From Nitrospinota bacterium (GTDB taxonomy: Bacteria; Nitrospinota; Nitrospinia; Nitrospinales; VA-1), in the NCBI GenBank assembly GCA_038108555.1, contig JAYNIA010000016.1:1-45892 (forward strand): a stretch of 45,892 nt of DNA, written 5' to 3'. The first letter of the stretch is position 1, and each line of letters opens with the position of its first letter. The notes beneath the pieces were generated by a model, which worked only from the letters and a program-made list of their open reading frames with translations, made no database searches and had not been told where the DNA came from. Of the stretch, positions 43,303 through 45,892 are shown in pieces. A program made the translations under genes and the position numbers.

Positions 43303-44451
43303 GTGATCAAAAGGATTGATCTGGAAAAACTTGAATCAACCATGCTGGCTCCCTATGCCATGAAAAGTGGTGAAAGCCTGGGTCGCCAACACCCGGAAGA
43401 GGAACACCCCTACCGCAGCCGGTTCCAAAGAGACCGTGACCGCATCATCCATACCTCTGCATTTCGGAGGCTGGAATATAAAACCCAGGTGTTCGTTTAC
43501 CATGAAGGTGATTACTACCGAACCCGGCTTACCCATTCGCTTGAAGTGGCGCAGATTGCAAGGTCCATTTGCAAATCCCTGCAACTGAATGAAGACCTTG
43601 CCGAATCCGTTGCGCTTTCACACGATCTGGGCCATCCGCCATTCGGTCATACCGGACAGGATGTTTTGAACCGGTTGATGAAAGACCATGGGGGATTCGA
43701 ACACAACAAACAAAGTCTGCGAATTGTAAAACTACTCGAAAAAAGATATCCCGACTTTGATGGACTCAACCTGACCTGGGAAGTACTGGAGGGCATCTGC
43801 AAACACACGAAAGACGATGAAAACCCTATCACCTCACAGGAGGGAGTGCGCTATCCATCACTGGAAGCACAGATCGCAGATTTGTCAGATGCCATCGCCT
43901 ACAACGCACACGATCTCGATGATGGCATCACCTCGAACCTTCTCGATGTCGAGCAACTAAGACAAGTCGCACTGTGGAAAGAGAACGAAGACCGGTTCGA
44001 TGAAAACTATTCGGGACTGGATTTCAAACTGAAAAAATACCAGGTGGTGCGGGGCATCATCAATGAACTGGTCACCGACCTTCGCGAAGCTACCCTGAAA
44101 AATATTGAGCAACATAATGTGAACAATGTGGATGAAATTCGCCGGGCTCCGAAACGAATCGCCGCCTTCAGCAAAGAGGTGGCGGAAAAAAATACCGAAC
44201 TGAAAAAGTTCCTGCATAAAAACATGTATTCGCATCGCAAGGTATTACGGATGGAGTTCAAAGCCAAACTGACTCTGAAGGGGATCTTCGAGGCTTACAG
44301 CAAAATGTCGGGACTCCTCCCCGAATCCGTCTTAAAAAATGAATCGCACGGTCCGTTGGAACGACGCATCTGCGATTACGTTTCCGGGATGACCGACCGC
44401 TACGCACTCAACGAACATAAAAATCTTTATGGTTCAGATGAAGAGGGCTGA
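43303..44451 (+). CDS. dgt: Deoxyguanosinetriphosphate triphosphohydrolase-like protein
   Basis: FQRDRDRI, RRLEYKTQV, RTRLTHSLEV, HDLGHPPFGH and DYVSGMTD. Confidence 0.96.
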   Translation: MIKRIDLEKLESTMLAPYAMKSGESLGRQHPEEEHPYRSRFQRDRDRIIHTSAFRRLEYKTQVFVYHEGDYYRTRLTHSLEVAQIARSICKSLQLNEDLAESVALSHDLGHPPFGHTGQDVLNRLMKDHGGFEHNKQSLRIVKLLEKRYPDFDGLNLTWEVLEGICKHTKDDENPITSQEGVRYPSLEAQIADLSDAIAYNAHDLDDGITSNLLDVEQLRQVALWKENEDRFDENYSGLDFKLKKYQVVRGIINELVTDLREATLKNIEQHNVNNVDEIRRAPKRIAAFSKEVAEKNTELKKFLHKNMYSHRKVLRMEFKAKLTLKGIFEAYSKMSGLLPESVLKNESHGPLERRICDYVSGMTDRYALNEHKNLYGSDEEG

Positions 44452-44476
44452 GAGAATCGAATTCAAATTTATAATT

Positions 44477-44551
44477 AACCCCCCTTAATCCCCCCTTATC
44501 AGGGGGGATATATTATTTGACCTCCCCCTGAGAAGGGGGACTGAGGGGGTT
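44477..44551. repeat. Inverted pair of REP-like palindromic repeats
   Basis: aaccccccttaatccccccttatcaggggggat ... ctccccctgagaagggggactgagggggtt. Confidence 0.8.
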
Positions 44552-44569
44552 GCCTTTAATTTTAATCCA

Positions 44570-45124
44570 ATGAACAACATCAAATCCATATGCGTCTTCT
44601 GCGGTTCCAGCGAAGCGGTGGACGACCGTTATAAAAAAGTCGCCACCGAACTGGGTCGCGAAATCGGAAAGAGGGGAGTCGACCTGGTTTACGGCGGTGC
44701 CTCGATTGGACTGATGGGTTGTGTTGCCAGAGGCGTGCATGAAGAGAGGGGGAAAGTCATTGGCATCCTCCCCGAGTTCTTCCACAAAAAAGATATCGGC
44801 TACCTCGATGCAGACGAATTGATCGTTACGGTGGATATGCGTGAAAGAAAAGCAAAGATGGATGAACGCAGCGACGCGTTCATTGTATTGCCGGGAGGCA
44901 TTGGAACGCTGGAGGAAGCGATTGAGATTTTATCCTTAAGGCAACTGAAACAGTCCAGCAAACCCCTGGTGTTTATCAATACCGATGGATTTTACGACAA
45001 ACTCAACGAAACCTTTGATGCGATGATCGAGCAGAACTTCGCAAAGGATAACATCCGCGAAATGTTTGCAATGTGCCCCGACCCTCAAAGCGCGATGGAA
45101 TATGTCTTTAGCTATGGAGTTTGA
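44570..45124 (+). CDS. LOG-family nucleotide phosphoribohydrolase (TIGR00730-like)
   Basis: ICVFCGSS, LVYGG, GLMG, MRERK and PGGIGTLEE. Confidence 0.95.
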   Translation: MNNIKSICVFCGSSEAVDDRYKKVATELGREIGKRGVDLVYGGASIGLMGCVARGVHEERGKVIGILPEFFHKKDIGYLDADELIVTVDMRERKAKMDERSDAFIVLPGGIGTLEEAIEILSLRQLKQSSKPLVFINTDGFYDKLNETFDAMIEQNFAKDNIREMFAMCPDPQSAMEYVFSYGV

Positions 45125-45245
45125 TATTTTTTGCCACAGATGTACCCGTTCCAGGCATGTGTTATGCTCAACCTTAAACTTCATGCCCTGAAAGGGTAAA
45201 GGCTAAGGAAAGTTATCACAAACACGGATGAACAGAGGTGATAAA

Positions 45246-45280
45246 CTCCTCCCCTATCATGAGGGGAGGTTGGGAGGGGT
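45246..45280. repeat. REP-like palindromic repeat (variant)
   Basis: ctcctcccct-atcatg-aggggagg-ttgggaggggt; same hairpin plus G-rich tail architecture as the other copies. Confidence 0.65.
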
Positions 45281-45371
45281 GTGGATTTTTCTTTCCCTCT
45301 GTGTTGTATTACAGCCACTTACATTCAGTAGTGGATTTAACCCCTTGATTTAGATTGATTAATTAAGCAAT

Positions 45372-45806
45372 TTAAGCCTTGTTGATTTTGTCAATATCGT
45401 TACACAGTTTTACAAAGGCTTTGAGTATGTCAGTTGCGGTGATGATGCCAACCAGTTTGTTTTTATGGACCACGGGCAAAGCACCAATTTTTCTTTTAGC
45501 CATAATCGCTGCTGCATCTGCTGCCCTTTGTTCTGGTTCAACAGTTATGACACCTCGTCGCATAATGTTTTTTACTTTCCGGGTAGAAAGCTTGACGGTT
45601 GTGCCGTCTGGATTGACAACGAAGTTCTTTTTAGGTCCAAGAATTTTTTTAAGATCACGGTCTGATAAAATGCCGACCAGTTTATTGTTTTCAACGACAG
45701 GCAGGTGACGGATATTTTCAAAATTATATAAAAAGAATACCCTGTCCAGGTTATCGTTGGGGTTTACGGTGATCGGGTTTTTTGACATCAGTTCTTTGAC
45801 TTTCAT
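45372..45806 (-). CDS. CBS-domain pair protein (AcuB-like)
   Basis: IRHLPVV..LVGILSDRD and IGALPVV..LVGIITATD. Confidence 0.93.
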   Translation of the reverse strand: MKVKELMSKNPITVNPNDNLDRVFFLYNFENIRHLPVVENNKLVGILSDRDLKKILGPKKNFVVNPDGTTVKLSTRKVKNIMRRGVITVEPEQRAADAAAIMAKRKIGALPVVHKNKLVGIITATDILKAFVKLCNDIDKINKA

Positions 45807-45892
45807 GTGATTTTCCTGGCGCGCCCTGTTAAATTTTTTGCAAAGTTATGAAACGATAATCTTAACACAACGAGGACCGTCGCTAAAGGTAA

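Overview
Gene-dense chromosomal window of about 45 CDS at moderate GC. It most likely comes from a marine nitrite-oxidising bacterium of the Nitrospinota. This is an inference from the gene set: moeA, a mobB-mobA fusion, nirK, a diheme cytochrome c fused to an NxrC/EbdC-like heme-b domain, and tandem basic cytochromes c. Ordinary housekeeping genes are present (serA, serC, dgt, LOG, cyclophilin, parvulin, phnD/phnC). The most unusual part is about 18.6-37.5 kb. It holds 8 genes encoding 9 diverged DUF1566/Lcl (C-type-lectin-fold) domains, mostly without signal peptides. These are interleaved with NHL, TPR and LRR repeat proteins, a glutaredoxin-like protein and a SEC-C protein, and many carry very Asp/Glu-rich tails. 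Beside them lies a block of putative modification enzymes: a B12-dependent radical SAM, a TPR protein, a MidA/NDUFAF7-like methyltransferase, a radical SAM with non-canonical CX7CX2C, and an FMN reductase. Other notable items are a KamA-like aminomutase lacking the lysine-binding aspartates, a DJ-1 protein lacking the catalytic Cys, a probable non-canonical start codon, several long structured 5' leaders and a REP-like repeat family. I saw no rRNA, tRNA, CRISPR array, transposase or reverse transcriptase. All family assignments are by motif recognition, not database search.
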